A stretch of DNA of 64,000 nucleotides, from assembly GCA_035693065.1 (NCBI GenBank), contig DASSHE010000015.1, forward strand, positions 18,814 to 82,813, in the 5' to 3' direction. Below are positions 1 through 10,153 of this stretch, piece after piece; position 1 is the stretch's first letter; each line of letters begins with the position of its first letter. Source of the DNA: Solirubrobacterales bacterium (GTDB lineage Bacteria; Actinomycetota; Thermoleophilia; Solirubrobacterales; 70-9). A model generated the notes under the pieces. The model did no database searches, was not told where the DNA came from, and saw nothing but the letters and a program-made list of their open reading frames with translations. The position numbers and the translations under genes were made by a program.

Positions 1-1
1 G

Positions 2-337
2 CGCGCCTACGGCGTCCACGACCGCCGCATCCGCGGCTCCCACAGCGCCAAGCGGCGGCTGACCAGCTACCGCCTGGCCGGCGCCTCCTACTACGGGCCC
101 GGGCTCTACGGCAACGGCGTCGCCTGCGGCGGCACCCTGATGCCGGGGACGATGGGCGTCGCTCACAAGACGCTGCCCTGCGGCACCATGGTCAAGCTCC
201 GCTACCACGGCCGCACGGTGACGGTGCCGGTGATCGACCGCGGCCCCTACGTCGCCGGCCGCGACTACGACCTCACCGAGGCCGTGAAGGAAAAGCTTGG
301 CTTCCCCGGGGTTGGGACGGTGATGGCGACCCGGTAG
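2..337 (+). CDS. RlpA-like double-psi beta-barrel (DPBB) domain protein, 5' end outside window
   Basis: The frame of listed ORF 140..337 stays open back to nt 2. ...SYYGPGLYGNGVACGG...AHKTLPCGTMVKL...VPVIDRGPYVAGRDYDLT matches the RlpA/DPBB signature. Confidence 0.75.
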   Translation, partial: RAYGVHDRRIRGSHSAKRRLTSYRLAGASYYGPGLYGNGVACGGTLMPGTMGVAHKTLPCGTMVKLRYHGRTVTVPVIDRGPYVAGRDYDLTEAVKEKLGFPGVGTVMATR

Positions 338-389
338 AAAGTTCTGTGGTTCCTTTCGGACGAATGCCGTCCGTAAGGAACCACGGAAC

Positions 390-1484
390 TCAGCCGGCCA
401 GGCCGAGTCGGAGCTGGCCCGCCGTGGCCGGTTCCGCCTCGGCCGCCGCGCCGGCCTCGAAGCCGGCGACGCGGACGCCGAGGAGGCGGACCGGCCGCGG
501 CGGGTCGTAGGCGCGCAGGAGGTCGAGGGCGACCGGGCCGACGACGGCGGGGTCGTTGGTCGCGTGGTCGATGGTGTGGGAGCGGGTGACGTTGGTCCAG
601 TCGTCGAGGCGGACCTTGATCCCAATCGTGCGCCCCTCGAGCTCACGTTTGCGCAGCCGGCGGCAGAGCTCCTGGGAGAGCTCGCCGAGGTGGCGCTCCA
701 GCTCGCCGCGCTGGGCGACGTCGACGTCGAAGGTCGTCTCCGCCGACTGGCTCTTGGTCTCGTGTTCGGGCGTCACCGGCGTCTCGTCCCAGAGCCGGCC
801 GCGGGCGTGGAGCCAGGCCCCGGAGCGGGGACCGAAGGCCTCTTCCAGCCCTGCCTGGTCGCAGCGGCGCAGGTCGGCAAGAGTCTTGATCCCCCTCGCT
901 TCCAGGCGCGAGAGCGTCTTCGGGCCGATCCCGGGGATGAGGCCGGGGGAGTGGTCGGCGAACCGCTCCAGCGCCTGGTCGCGAGAGAGCACGACCATCC
1001 CCGCCGGCTTGCCGAGCTCGCTGGTGATCTTCGCCAGCATCCGACTCTCGGAGATCCCGACCGAGCAGGTGAGGCCGGTCTCGACCTTGATCTCGTTGGC
1101 GACCCGCCGCATCGTCGCCTTCGGCGAGAAGATCCCGGTCAGGTCGAGATATGCCTCGTCGAGACCGACCACCTCGACCACCTCGACGTTGCCGCGCAGG
1201 ACGTCCATCACCTGACCCGACGCCTCCCGGTAGGCGGGGAAGTCCGGGGTCAGATAGATCGCGTCGGGCAGCCGCCGCCGCGCCACCGCCGCCGGCATCG
1301 CCGAGTGGATCCCGGCCAGCTTCCGCGCCTCATAGCTGGCCGTAGTCACCACCGCCCGCGGCCCCGACCCGCAAACGACCACCGGCTTCCCCCGCAGCTC
1401 CGGCCGCCGCCGCAGCTCGACCGACGCGTAGAAGGCGTCCATGTCAAGGTGCGCGACCGTTCGAGGCCAGTCTCCGAGCGACAC
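390..1484 (-). CDS. dinB: DNA polymerase IV (Y-family)
   Basis: N-terminal HLDMDAFYASVE...KPVVV, VEVVGLDEAYLD and the GIGPKT helix-hairpin-helix region are typical DinB motifs. Size is 364 aa. Confidence 0.9.
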   Translation of the reverse strand: MSLGDWPRTVAHLDMDAFYASVELRRRPELRGKPVVVCGSGPRAVVTTASYEARKLAGIHSAMPAAVARRRLPDAIYLTPDFPAYREASGQVMDVLRGNVEVVEVVGLDEAYLDLTGIFSPKATMRRVANEIKVETGLTCSVGISESRMLAKITSELGKPAGMVVLSRDQALERFADHSPGLIPGIGPKTLSRLEARGIKTLADLRRCDQAGLEEAFGPRSGAWLHARGRLWDETPVTPEHETKSQSAETTFDVDVAQRGELERHLGELSQELCRRLRKRELEGRTIGIKVRLDDWTNVTRSHTIDHATNDPAVVGPVALDLLRAYDPPRPVRLLGVRVAGFEAGAAAEAEPATAGQLRLGLAG

Positions 1485-1583
1485 AAGGACAAATTAGCCG
1501 TCCGGGCGGCGGAGCGAACAGACGTTCGACTCTTCGCATCGGAGCCGCATCTGTGGTCGAGTACGGGTGTTAGCGAGACTGAT

Positions 1584-2813
1584 TTGACCGGCGTACCGAA
1601 CATCTGCCGCCAGACCTTCGCGGTCCTGCTCTTTCTGATCGCGGTTGCCGCCACCAGCTCGCTGGCACTCGCGGCGGGGGCGCCGCTAGCGCTTGATCCC
1701 TCTTTTGGGGAAGCGGGAGTGGTCAGCGGCGGGACGGCGCGGTCGGACTACCGGGAAGCGGCCGGGTTGGCGATCGACGGGAGCGGGAAGATCCTCGTGG
1801 TCGGCGTCAGCGATTCGGGAGCGGCCATCGCGCGTTACCTGCCCGACGGGCAGCTCGACCCGACTTACGGTGAAGGCGGGATCGCGGCGCTTAAGTCCGT
1901 GCCGGTTACCTCGGGCCTCTCGATCGAAGCGGTGCGGGGGATCAACGGGCTGGCGGTCGACGGAGTGGGGGAGGCCCTGGTGCTTTGGCAGGGGACGAAG
2001 CTGACGCGGTTCACCTCCACCGGCGCGCTTGACACCAGCTACGGTGCCGGCGGCACGGCGACCGTCGCCGGCTTCCGCTTCAACGCCCTCACGACCCTCG
2101 CCAACGGCAGCGTCCTCCTCGCCGGCTACGGCTACGGCTCGCCGTACATGGTCGCGGCCAAGCTGCGGCCCGACGGTTCCCTCGACGACTCGTTCGGCAA
2201 GGGGGGCTTCGCCGCGGTGGCGATCGGTCCGCGGGAAACCAACGCCGCCGCTCGCCGTGTCGCCGTCCGGGGCAACGGCAAGATCGTCCTCGCCGGCTTC
2301 TCCCACGGACACCCGGCGCTGGTCCAATTGCTCGCCGACGGCAGGCCGGATCCCGGTTTCGGCCACCGCGGCCGCGTCGTCGCCCCCGGCTGGCTGCGGG
2401 GCGAAGCGACCGCGCTCGGGCTTGCCGGGGGAGGGCGGACCCTGGTTAGCTGCCGCTGCTCACGCTCCGGGAGTAAATCGACCCTGCTGCCGCTGCTTCG
2501 GTACACGGCCGCGGGGCGCCTTGACTCCAGCTTCTCGAAGCCGACCCTCGATCACCCGGTGCGCCAGCAGCTTCGCCCCAACTTCCTGCTCCAGAGCGCC
2601 GGCAAGATCGTCCTCGTCGGCACCGGCAGCGGCCCCTCGATCCGCCTCTTCGACGGCCAGGGGAGGCCAGCCACCTCGACCCCGGGCGCCCCGCGCGACC
2701 GCGCCTTCGGCGTCTTCGCCGCCCTCCAAGGCACCAAGCCGCTGGTCGCCTGGACGCCGGAGCACCGGGTCGGGCAAGCGGAGCTGAAAATCGAGCGCTT
2801 TCGCCTTCGCTGA
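1584..2813 (+). CDS. secreted delta-60-type repeat (beta-propeller-like) protein
   Basis: This is the C-terminal part of listed ORF 564..2813. TTG at 1584 precedes signal peptide FAVLLFLIAVAATSSLALAAG. Modules LDPSFG / LDPTYG / LDTSYG / LDDSFG / PDPGFG / LDSSFS recur, each followed by G(K)I(L)VxG strands. The upstream part of the ORF is antisense to dinB. Confidence 0.7.
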   Translation: MTGVPNICRQTFAVLLFLIAVAATSSLALAAGAPLALDPSFGEAGVVSGGTARSDYREAAGLAIDGSGKILVVGVSDSGAAIARYLPDGQLDPTYGEGGIAALKSVPVTSGLSIEAVRGINGLAVDGVGEALVLWQGTKLTRFTSTGALDTSYGAGGTATVAGFRFNALTTLANGSVLLAGYGYGSPYMVAAKLRPDGSLDDSFGKGGFAAVAIGPRETNAAARRVAVRGNGKIVLAGFSHGHPALVQLLADGRPDPGFGHRGRVVAPGWLRGEATALGLAGGGRTLVSCRCSRSGSKSTLLPLLRYTAAGRLDSSFSKPTLDHPVRQQLRPNFLLQSAGKIVLVGTGSGPSIRLFDGQGRPATSTPGAPRDRAFGVFAALQGTKPLVAWTPEHRVGQAELKIERFRLR

Positions 2814-2854
2814 ACGTAGGATGCCGGCAACGTCCAGCGCAAAGGGGAGGCCCA

Positions 2855-3493
2855 GTGAAAAAGCTCGAGGGGAAGCTCACTTTTTCGAACGTAATCGCCT
2901 GCATCGCGCTCTTCGTCGCGCTCGGAGGCGCGGCGGTGGCCGCGACGAGTCTGCCGAAGAACAGCGTCGGCACCAGGCAACTGAAGAAGGCCGCGGTGAC
3001 GAGCGCCAAAGTCAAGGACGGCTCCCTGAAGGGCGTCGACTTTGCTCCTGGCCAGCTTCCAGCCGGAAAGGCGGGCGAGCGCGGCCTGCCCGGATCACCG
3101 GGTGAACGCGGGCCCAGCGACGCCTATTACGTGCTCGACAACAACGCCGGCAGCAACTCCAAGACCATCTCGGTCTCGGTGCCGGCCGGGGATTACGCCG
3201 TCTCGGCGTCGGTGATGGTCGCCAACTCCGACATGGCCAACTGGGCCCGGGTCAACTGCGTCCTCGAAAGCCCACAGGACGAAACTCTCGGCCACTACGG
3301 CGTCGCGAATCTCTTCGCCGGCCTGGCGCAGGGTCCAGCCGATGCCTTCTACGGGATGAACGCGACCGAAGCCGGGCTTTCGCTCCCGGTTGACGGCACG
3401 ATCAAGTACGAATGCACTCGGCCCTCGGGCACCGCTTCGGTCTCCATCTACCAGGCCCGGATCGTCGCGATCCGCGTCGGGACTCTGCACTGA
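2855..3493 (+). CDS. hypothetical exported/membrane-anchored protein with a short collagen-like stretch
   Basis: GTG start is preceded by GGGGAGG. N-terminal hydrophobic segment is IACIALFVALGGAAVAA. GERGLPGSPGERGP triplets are followed by a beta-rich C-terminus. Confidence 0.6.
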   Translation: MKKLEGKLTFSNVIACIALFVALGGAAVAATSLPKNSVGTRQLKKAAVTSAKVKDGSLKGVDFAPGQLPAGKAGERGLPGSPGERGPSDAYYVLDNNAGSNSKTISVSVPAGDYAVSASVMVANSDMANWARVNCVLESPQDETLGHYGVANLFAGLAQGPADAFYGMNATEAGLSLPVDGTIKYECTRPSGTASVSIYQARIVAIRVGTLH

Positions 3494-3546
3494 CATTTGG
3501 ACGAATATTTGGTAATATCTGTCCAAATATTGGGTAGGTCCTAAAG
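3494..3546. promoter_or_regulatory. AT-rich intergenic segment with 9-bp inverted repeat AATATTTGG-N10-CCAAATATT (candidate promoter/operator)
   Basis: Arms lie at 3504-3512 and 3523-3531, nested with ATTTGGAC/GTCCAAAT at 3495-3502 and 3521-3528. The segment is strikingly AT-rich compared with its surroundings and sits just upstream of CDS 3547. Confidence 0.4.
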
Positions 3547-4314
3547 GTGTTTGCATCAGTCGAATTCCAACAGCAGCGATGGGTTCAGATTGTTTTTCTT
3601 GCTGGTGCGTTCCTGATCAGCTCGGCCTTTAGCGCGCCCTCCGCGCCAGCCACGCTCGTGGGGGAAGTGACGGGTGGTGTCGGCGCGACCGTGGAAGCGG
3701 TCGAGGCCGCCCCGACCACCGCACCCTCGCTCCCGAGCGCGATTCCTGCCGCCGCGCCGCCGGCACCGACCGCGACTCCGACTACCCCTCAGGCCCCGGT
3801 CAAGTTGCAGACCGAAGCCGCGCCGACGACTTCACCATCACCTCCCAGCTCCAGCTCCAATCCGCCTTCCGTCAACGAGATGGCCGGCACTACGGAGGAT
3901 TCGGTCGACCCGGCGACGAGCATTGACAAGGAAGTGACGCAGGAGGTGAGTGCTCCTGATCGCGATGAAGGCAGGCGATTCTCAACCCGCCTCGATCGCC
4001 CTGATGTGGGCGCAAACGACGGGGCCACCCGCGCAACGACTACTGCCGCCAGCGCTCCGCGCTCGCTCACGACGGCAGCCATCGCTCGGTTGCTGGTATT
4101 GGCTCCGTCGGTCCTCCGAGGGGCCAGCGGTTCCCCGGTCGTCGGGCATGCTGAGGCCAAGACCGCTCCGCGGCTCACCGTCCCCGGAGCCCCGACGGTT
4201 GCCGAGGTCGAGAGAATTTCCTACCTCGTCGTTCTCGCCGCGCTGCTGGCGCTCCTGGCGTTGACGGTCTGGAGGGAGTTCCGTCCCGCGCATCGAGCCC
4301 GCGTGCGCTGGTGA
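3547..4314 (+). CDS. hypothetical Pro/Ala/Thr/Ser-rich protein with N- and C-terminal hydrophobic segments
   Basis: N-terminal segment is IVFLAGAFLISSAF, followed by a long low-complexity PAPT-rich region. C-terminal TM is YLVVLAALLALLALTVW. Confidence 0.5.
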   Translation: MFASVEFQQQRWVQIVFLAGAFLISSAFSAPSAPATLVGEVTGGVGATVEAVEAAPTTAPSLPSAIPAAAPPAPTATPTTPQAPVKLQTEAAPTTSPSPPSSSSNPPSVNEMAGTTEDSVDPATSIDKEVTQEVSAPDRDEGRRFSTRLDRPDVGANDGATRATTTAASAPRSLTTAAIARLLVLAPSVLRGASGSPVVGHAEAKTAPRLTVPGAPTVAEVERISYLVVLAALLALLALTVWREFRPAHRARVRW

Positions 4315-4362
4315 TCTTCGCCCCCCACGCGGGTATCGCCAATCCCTCCTAGACTGCGGGCG

Positions 4363-4641
4363 ATGGCTTCCCCGGAGGCGAAGAACCTCGAGGCGATCTC
4401 CAAGGCGATCGACCAGCACAACATGAACTGCCCCTTCCCGGCCGCGGAGGTGCGGATGAACCCGTTCGAGGTCGAGCGGCTCGGCTGGGACACGATTCGC
4501 GGCCTGCCGGTGGTCCCCGACGGCGAGATCGGCACCGGCCGCTTCCGCATCGTCTGTTCCCGCGACCTCGAGGACGACGGCCTCGAGATCGTCGAGGCGG
4601 TGGGCCAGGAGCTGGAAACCGTCGCCCCGAGTCAGAACTGA
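4363..4641 (+). CDS. hypothetical protein (92 aa)
   Basis: ATG ORF with non-shadow-like composition. I recognise no motif. Confidence 0.5.
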   Translation: MASPEAKNLEAISKAIDQHNMNCPFPAAEVRMNPFEVERLGWDTIRGLPVVPDGEIGTGRFRIVCSRDLEDDGLEIVEAVGQELETVAPSQN

Positions 4642-4667
4642 GAGGCCCTAGCCGGCCATCCGGCCTC

Positions 4668-5429
4668 TCAGACGCTGTTGAAGAAGTCGACGCCGGACTG
4701 TTCCAGCCAGTTCTGGGCTTCGACGTTGAGCTGCTTCATTTCGCCGCTGAGGATGAGGAAACCCATCGCGATCAGGATCACGCCCCCGGCGGCGACGATC
4801 AGCCGGTAGTGACGCTTGACCACGGCGAAGGCAGTGGTCATGCGGGAGAAGGCGAGGGCGGTGAGGAGGAAGGGGATCGCGAGGCCGGCCGAGTAGACGG
4901 CGAGCAGGAAGGCGCCGTGGCCGGCGGAGCCGGTGGCGCCGGCGGCCGAGAGGATCGCCCCCAGGGTGGGTCCGATGCAGGGGCTCCAGGCAATCGCGAA
5001 AGCGGCGCCGGCGACGATCGGCCCGCCCTTGCCGGCCCGCTCCATCAAGGCGTCGACCCGCCACTCGCGGTTCAGCCTGGTGATGAAGAGGGAGGCGACG
5101 AAGAGGACGCCCATGGCGATGATGAGGACGCCGGAGATCTTCGTCAGCAACGGTTTGTTGTCATCGAGGAAGGAGCCGAGCCCGGTCGCGGTCAGGCCGA
5201 GGAGGATGAAGATCGCCGAGAAGCTGGCGACGAAGATCAGGCTCGGGCCGAGGACCCGGCGCCAGTTCGCGTCCTCGAGCTCGCTCGCCGAGACGCCCGT
5301 CACCGCCGAGAGGTAGCCCGGCACCAGCGGCAGCACGCAGGGGGAGAGGAAGGAAACGACGCCGGCCGCGAGCGCGGCGAAGATCCCCACTCCCGAAGCG
5401 GGATCGGAGCTGATGGCGGCGTGGACCAC
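4668..5429 (-). CDS. ccdA: cytochrome c biogenesis / thiol-disulfide transporter CcdA (DsbD family)
   Basis: Polytopic membrane protein with FLSPCVLPLVPGY and AWSPCIGPTLG, the two conserved Cys motifs of the CcdA/DsbD core. Confidence 0.85.
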   Translation of the reverse strand: MVHAAISSDPASGVGIFAALAAGVVSFLSPCVLPLVPGYLSAVTGVSASELEDANWRRVLGPSLIFVASFSAIFILLGLTATGLGSFLDDNKPLLTKISGVLIIAMGVLFVASLFITRLNREWRVDALMERAGKGGPIVAGAAFAIAWSPCIGPTLGAILSAAGATGSAGHGAFLLAVYSAGLAIPFLLTALAFSRMTTAFAVVKRHYRLIVAAGGVILIAMGFLILSGEMKQLNVEAQNWLEQSGVDFFNSV

Positions 5430-5455
5430 GACCCCTCAGGATAGCCTCCTCGTCC

Positions 5456-6583
5456 GTGGGGTCCGGGGACGCGAAAGGCCGCCTCTTCAACGCCTCCGGC
5501 GCGGCGCGGCAACTGCGCGCCTCGCCGCTCTTCGCGATCGGCCCCAGCGCCCCCGGCCCGGCGCTGCGGCGCGGCTTCCTGCTCGCGGTCCCGATCGGCC
5601 TGGCGCTGATTCTCGAGCTCGGCTTCGACGCCCCGACCAAGGGGGCGATCGCCACCGGCGCCCTCGTCAACGGCTTCCCCGGGATGGATGCGCCGGCACG
5701 CCCGCGCGCCGCCTGGCAGACCGCGGCCGCCCCGCTGATCGGCCTCTTCGCCGCCTTTGGAGTCCTCACCAGCCAGGTCGGCGTCCTCGCCGTGCTCGGC
5801 CTCGGCCTGGTTGGACTTGCGGCCGGCTACTGCTTCGCGGTCTCCCTGCGGTTGGCGATCGTCGGCCTCACCGTCGCCCTCGCCACGCTGATCGCCCAGG
5901 GGCTCTTCCTGCCGGCCGGCGATGCCGCCCCGGCGCTCCTCTACGGGACTCTCGGCGGCCTCACCCAGGTCGCCTGGTCGCTGCTGGTCTGGGTCGCCAC
6001 CGACCGCGCCGCCGACGAGCCGGAAAAGGCCTGGAACGGGAGCGCCGCGATGGCGGCCCTGCGCGCCAACCTCAACCTCCGCTCCCACAGCGCCCGCCAC
6101 GCGATCCGCTTCGGCGCCTGCCTCGCCGCCGGCGTCGCCGTCTACCGGCTCCTCGGCATGCGTGAGCACGGCTTCTGGATCCCGCTGACGATCCTCTTCG
6201 TGATGCGGCCCGAGAGGGGGGAGACCGACCACCGGCTCGTCCTGCGCGCGATCGGGACGGCGATCGGGCTGGTCCTCGCCACCGCCGTCGCCGAGGCATT
6301 CGGTGGCGAGGACCTCGTCGTCGGCGCCGTCCTCACCGCCGCCGCGGCGCTCAGCTTCGGCCTCCTCACCGTCCAGTACGCGCTGTTCACCGCGGCGATC
6401 ACCACCTACGTGGTGCTGATGAGCTCGACCCTCGGTGAGGCCGCGTTCAAGGCGGCGGGACAGCGCGCCTCGGGCACGGCGATCGGCATCGTGATCGCCT
6501 TCCTCGCTTGGCGGCTATGGCCAAATCCGCGCGGCGCGCTAGATTTGGCCAGTCAGCCAAACATGGGAGGAGCAGGCAGTTGA
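5456..6583 (+). CDS. FUSC/aromatic-acid-exporter-like integral membrane protein
   Basis: Multi-TM protein. [17 protein letters not shown]...[17 protein letters not shown] resembles the FUSC family core. Its stop overlaps the next start (TTGA at 6580-6583). Confidence 0.55.
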   Translation: MGSGDAKGRLFNASGAARQLRASPLFAIGPSAPGPALRRGFLLAVPIGLALILELGFDAPTKGAIATGALVNGFPGMDAPARPRAAWQTAAAPLIGLFAAFGVLTSQVGVLAVLGLGLVGLAAGYCFAVSLRLAIVGLTVALATLIAQGLFLPAGDAAPALLYGTLGGLTQVAWSLLVWVATDRAADEPEKAWNGSAAMAALRANLNLRSHSARHAIRFGACLAAGVAVYRLLGMREHGFWIPLTILFVMRPERGETDHRLVLRAIGTAIGLVLATAVAEAFGGEDLVVGAVLTAAAALSFGLLTVQYALFTAAITTYVVLMSSTLGEAAFKAAGQRASGTAIGIVIAFLAWRLWPNPRGALDLASQPNMGGAGS

Positions 6584-7773
6584 GCAACCGTACGTTCGTG
6601 ATCGGGGTCGGGATGACCAAGTTCGAGAAGCCCGGCACCAAGGAGGGCGACTACCCGGACTGGGCCAAGGAGGCGGGGGAGAAGGCGCTCGCGGACGCCG
6701 GCATCCCGTACGAGGACGTCGAGCAGGCCTTCGCCGGCTACTGCTACGGCGACTCCACCTACGGCCAGCGGGCGCTTTACCAGCTCGGCCTCACCGGGAT
6801 TCCCGTCGTCAACGTCAACAACAACTGCTCGACCGGCTCCTCGGCGCTGTTCCTGGCCCGCCAGGCGGTCAAGGGCGGAATCGCCGAGTGCGCCCTGGCG
6901 CTGGGCTTCGAGAAGATGGAGCCGGGCAGCCTCGGGGTCAAGTACACCGACCGCACCAACGCCCTCGACAAGCACGCGATGCGGATGTTCGAGATCCGCG
7001 AGCCAGAGGCCTCGCCGCCGGCGCCGCAGATGTTCGGCAACGCGGGTCGCGACCACATGCAGAAGTACGGCTCCGAACCCGACCACTTCGCCTGGATCGG
7101 CTGGAAGAACCACAAGCACTCGGTCAACAACCCCTACGCCCAGTTCCAGGACGAGTACACGCTGGAGGACATCAAGGCGGCGAAGATGATCCACGACCCG
7201 CTGACCAAGCTGCAGTGCTCGCCGACCTCCGACGGCTCGGCCTGCGCGATCGTCGCCTCCGAGCGCTACGTCGACGCGCACGGCCTCTGGGAGCAGGCGA
7301 TCGAGATCGCCGGCCAGGCGATGGTCACCGACCTCAGCTCGACCTTCGACGAGGCCGCCGACTGCATGACGATCGTCGGCTCCGACATGTCCCGCACGGC
7401 GGCCAAGATCGCCTACGAGGAAGCCGGCGTCGGCGCCGAGGAAGTCGACGTCTGCGAGCTCCACGACTGCTTCAGCGCCAACGAGCTGATCACTTATGAA
7501 GCGCTGGGCTTCGCAGCCGAGGGCGAGGCGCACAAGCTGGTCGCCGAAGAAGCGACCACCTACGGCGGCAAGGTCGTCGTCAACCCCTCCGGCGGACTGA
7601 TCTCGAAGGGTCACCCGCTGGGGGCAACCGGGCTGGCGCAGTGCTCGGAGCTGACCTGGCAGCTCCGGGGCGAAGCGGACAAGCGCCAGGTGGAGGGCGC
7701 GAAGACCGCCCTGCAGCACAACATCGGCCTCGGCGGCGCCGCCGTGGTCACCGTCTACAAACCGGCGGCCTAG
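6580..7773 (+). CDS. SCP-x/lipid-transfer-protein-type thiolase (acetyl-CoA acyltransferase family)
   Basis: TTG start at 6580 follows GGGAGG. Motifs: [26 protein letters not shown] (nucleophilic Cys), [25 protein letters not shown]. Confidence 0.85.
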   Translation: MSNRTFVIGVGMTKFEKPGTKEGDYPDWAKEAGEKALADAGIPYEDVEQAFAGYCYGDSTYGQRALYQLGLTGIPVVNVNNNCSTGSSALFLARQAVKGGIAECALALGFEKMEPGSLGVKYTDRTNALDKHAMRMFEIREPEASPPAPQMFGNAGRDHMQKYGSEPDHFAWIGWKNHKHSVNNPYAQFQDEYTLEDIKAAKMIHDPLTKLQCSPTSDGSACAIVASERYVDAHGLWEQAIEIAGQAMVTDLSSTFDEAADCMTIVGSDMSRTAAKIAYEEAGVGAEEVDVCELHDCFSANELITYEALGFAAEGEAHKLVAEEATTYGGKVVVNPSGGLISKGHPLGATGLAQCSELTWQLRGEADKRQVEGAKTALQHNIGLGGAAVVTVYKPAA

Positions 7774-7804
7774 GGAGGTCGCCAGCACCGAGGAGGAGCA
7801 GCAG

Positions 7805-8692
7805 ATGGCGAAACAGCGGCGGTCACTCAGCGGCAAGGTGGTGGCGATCACGGGCGGCGCCCGTGGGATCGGCAAGGCCACGGCGAAAGCACTGGTCGCG
7901 AAGGGGTGCCGCGTCGCCATCGGCGACCTCGACCTCGAGCTGGCCGAGAAGTCGGCGGCCGAGCTCGGTGGGGGCACCGTGGCGCTCTCGCTCGACGTCA
8001 CCGATCGCTCATCCTTCGCCCACTTCCTCGACGAGGCCGAACGGCAGCTCGGCCCGATCGACGCGGTGATCAACAACGCCGGGATCATGCCGGTGACCCC
8101 GTTCGAGGACGAGAGCGAGGAGTCGATCCGTCGCCAGATCGACATCAACCTCCACGGCGTCATCACCGGCACCCAACTGGCGATCAAGCGCCTGCGGCCG
8201 CGCCGCAGCGGCTACATCGTCAACATCGCCTCCCAGGCGGGCAAATCGGGCGTGCCGGGGATCGCCACCTACTCGGGGACCAAGCACGCCGTCGTCGGGA
8301 TCAGCGAGGCGGTGCGGACCGAGCTGCGGGGGAGCGGGGTCGAGGTCCTCTGCGTGATGCCGACGGTTGTCAACACCGAGCTGACCAGCGGCGTCGGCCA
8401 GAAGTGGGTGAAAGCGGTCGAGGCTGCCGACGTCGCCAACGAGATCGTCGAGGCGATGGAAGTGCCGCGCTTCGACGTCTTCGTCCCGCGCGCCAACGGC
8501 GTCCTCTACAAGATCCTCTCGCCGCTGCCGCGGAGCTGGCGCGAGGGACTGGGCCGGGCGATGAAGGTCGACAAGCTGATGATCGAGGTCGACCACGGCG
8601 CCCGCCGCGCCTACGAGGAGCGGGCAGCGGCGAGCAAAGCCGACGCGGAGGCGCTCGACGACGAGGTCGCCCGCGAGCACGACGCGGCCTAA
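7805..8692 (+). CDS. short-chain dehydrogenase/reductase (SDR)
   Basis: ITGGARGIGKA (TGxxxGxG), NNAG and YSGTKHAV (YxxxK) are present. Confidence 0.85.
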   Translation: MAKQRRSLSGKVVAITGGARGIGKATAKALVAKGCRVAIGDLDLELAEKSAAELGGGTVALSLDVTDRSSFAHFLDEAERQLGPIDAVINNAGIMPVTPFEDESEESIRRQIDINLHGVITGTQLAIKRLRPRRSGYIVNIASQAGKSGVPGIATYSGTKHAVVGISEAVRTELRGSGVEVLCVMPTVVNTELTSGVGQKWVKAVEAADVANEIVEAMEVPRFDVFVPRANGVLYKILSPLPRSWREGLGRAMKVDKLMIEVDHGARRAYEERAAASKADAEALDDEVAREHDAA

Positions 8693-8750
8693 ATTCAGCG
8701 GACGCTGAACCTTGGCCGCTATAGGGACGTAGATTCAGCGAGCGCTGAAT

Positions 8751-9410
8751 ATGGGACGGATCTACGACGCCACCTGGGGCCGAGCTTTCTCGGCCCTCTA
8801 TGACCGGGCCTTCGAGGCGACCGAAGAGGCCGGGCTGCGCCAGATGCGTGCCGAGCTCCTGAAGCAGGCGCGGGGGAGGGTGCTGGAGCTGGGCTCGGGC
8901 ACCGGACTCAACCTCGAGCTCTATCCGCGGGAGGGCATCGACAGCCTGGTCCTGACCGAGCCCGACCCGCACATGGCCAAGCAGCTTCGCAAGCGGGTCG
9001 ACGAGATCTGCCCCGGGGCGGAAATGCTGGAAGTGGGTGCCGAACACCTTCCCTTCGAAGCAGACAGCTTCGACACCGTCGTCGTCACGCTGGTCCTCTG
9101 CACGGTCCCCGACCAGCCGGCGGCGCTGCGGGAGATCTCCCGCGTCCTCGCCCCCGGCGGCCGGTTGCTCTTCCTGGAGCACGTCCGCGCCGGGCACGCC
9201 GACCTCGCCAAGTGGCAGGACCGCCTGGAGAGGCCATGGCGCTTCCTCGGCGACGGCTGCCACTGCAACCGCGACACCCTTGCTGGGCTGGGGGCCGCCG
9301 GCTTCGAGGTGGACGAACTCGAGCACGATCAGCTGCCGAAGGCGCCGCCGATCGTGCGGCCGCTGATTCGCGGCGTCGCCCACCAGAAGGATCAGATATC
9401 CGCTCTATAA
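8751..9410 (+). CDS. class I SAM-dependent methyltransferase
   Basis: VLELGSGTGLN (motif I), FDTVVVTLVLC, LAPGGRLLFLEH. Confidence 0.8.
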   Translation: MGRIYDATWGRAFSALYDRAFEATEEAGLRQMRAELLKQARGRVLELGSGTGLNLELYPREGIDSLVLTEPDPHMAKQLRKRVDEICPGAEMLEVGAEHLPFEADSFDTVVVTLVLCTVPDQPAALREISRVLAPGGRLLFLEHVRAGHADLAKWQDRLERPWRFLGDGCHCNRDTLAGLGAAGFEVDELEHDQLPKAPPIVRPLIRGVAHQKDQISAL

Positions 9411-9475
9411 GCGGAGGCGAAGTCCCTGCATAATGGGCTGTTCTACCAGTCGAAGTTCCCCGGAAGGAGAAGCGC

Positions 9476-10153
9476 ATGAAGGCACGCAGCTTGATCCCGG
9501 CGGTGGTCGCCGTTGGACTCTGCCTACTGTTGACGCCGGCCTTGGCTGCGGCCGGAGCCATCAAGGGGAAGGTGACGGCGGAGGGCAGCTCGAAGCCGAT
9601 CAGCCGGGTCGTCGTCTGCGCGACGCCGTTCGGCGGCTCCAGCTCCTGCGCGAGCACCGGGAGCCGCGGCCGCTACGCGATCTCCGGCCTCGCGGCCGGG
9701 ACCTACAAGGTCGGGTTCGACGCGATCGCGGGCGGTCTCAATTACGTCACCGAGTACTACGACAACAAACCGACCTTCGAACTCGCCCAGAAAGTCACCG
9801 TCAAGCGCAACCAGACCACCAGCGGCATCGACGCCGCGCTCGCCGTCGGCGGCCAGATCACCGGCACCGTCACCGACGAAGCGACCGCCGCGCCGCTGCA
9901 GGGCATCAGGGTCTGCGGGTTCGTGATCGGCACCGACCTCGAATCCTGCGCCCGGACCGACGGCAGTGGCGCTTACGACGTGATCGGCCTGCCGAGCGGC
10001 GATTCCTACAAAGTCGAATTCTCCGCCGCGGGTTCCGGACTCGAATACGCGACCGAGTACTACGAAAACGCGGAATCGGCCCTAGAAGGCACTTCCGTCG
10101 CGGTCACGGCGGGGGCGGTGACCGCGGGAATCAACGCCGCGCTGGCGCCCTAA
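9476..10153 (+). CDS. secreted carboxypeptidase-regulatory-like (CarboxypepD_reg) repeat protein
   Basis: Signal peptide is present. Two repeats follow the pattern G.V....(R)V(V)CA...G.Y.I.GL..G.YKV.F......Y.TEYY.N. Confidence 0.65.
   Translation: MKARSLIPAVVAVGLCLLLTPALAAAGAIKGKVTAEGSSKPISRVVVCATPFGGSSSCASTGSRGRYAISGLAAGTYKVGFDAIAGGLNYVTEYYDNKPTFELAQKVTVKRNQTTSGIDAALAVGGQITGTVTDEATAAPLQGIRVCGFVIGTDLESCARTDGSGAYDVIGLPSGDSYKVEFSAAGSGLEYATEYYENAESALEGTSVAVTAGAVTAGINAALAP

Noticed and set aside
564-1583. First ~340 codons of listed ORF 564..2813, and the long N-terminal parts of ORFs 29785..32628, 30975..33353, 34099..35946, 27284..28870, 41279..43303 and 55756..56760.
   Set aside because: These upstream parts overlap other genes or are low-complexity read-through. 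Internal starts with ribosome-binding sites or overlap coupling give products matching full-length family members.
2855-3493. Collagen-like / phage tail-fibre interpretation of GERGLPGSPGERGP.
   Set aside because: There are only about 5 Gly-X-Y triplets and no neighbouring phage genes. I kept it as a hypothetical exported protein.
6553-8187. Very long ORFs antisense to, or out of frame with, recognisable genes. Examples: 6553..8187 (-), 14093..15922 (-), 42133..43533 (+), 48470..50263 (+), 57403..59994 (+), 37572..39482 (-), 45807..47564 (+), 54901..56517 (+).
   Set aside because: Their translations are Arg/Pro/Gly/Ala-rich and low-complexity. They overlap CDS with clear family motifs (thiolase, capsid candidate, miaB, ftsK, pnp and others). 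These are typical shadow ORFs of high-GC DNA with few stop codons.
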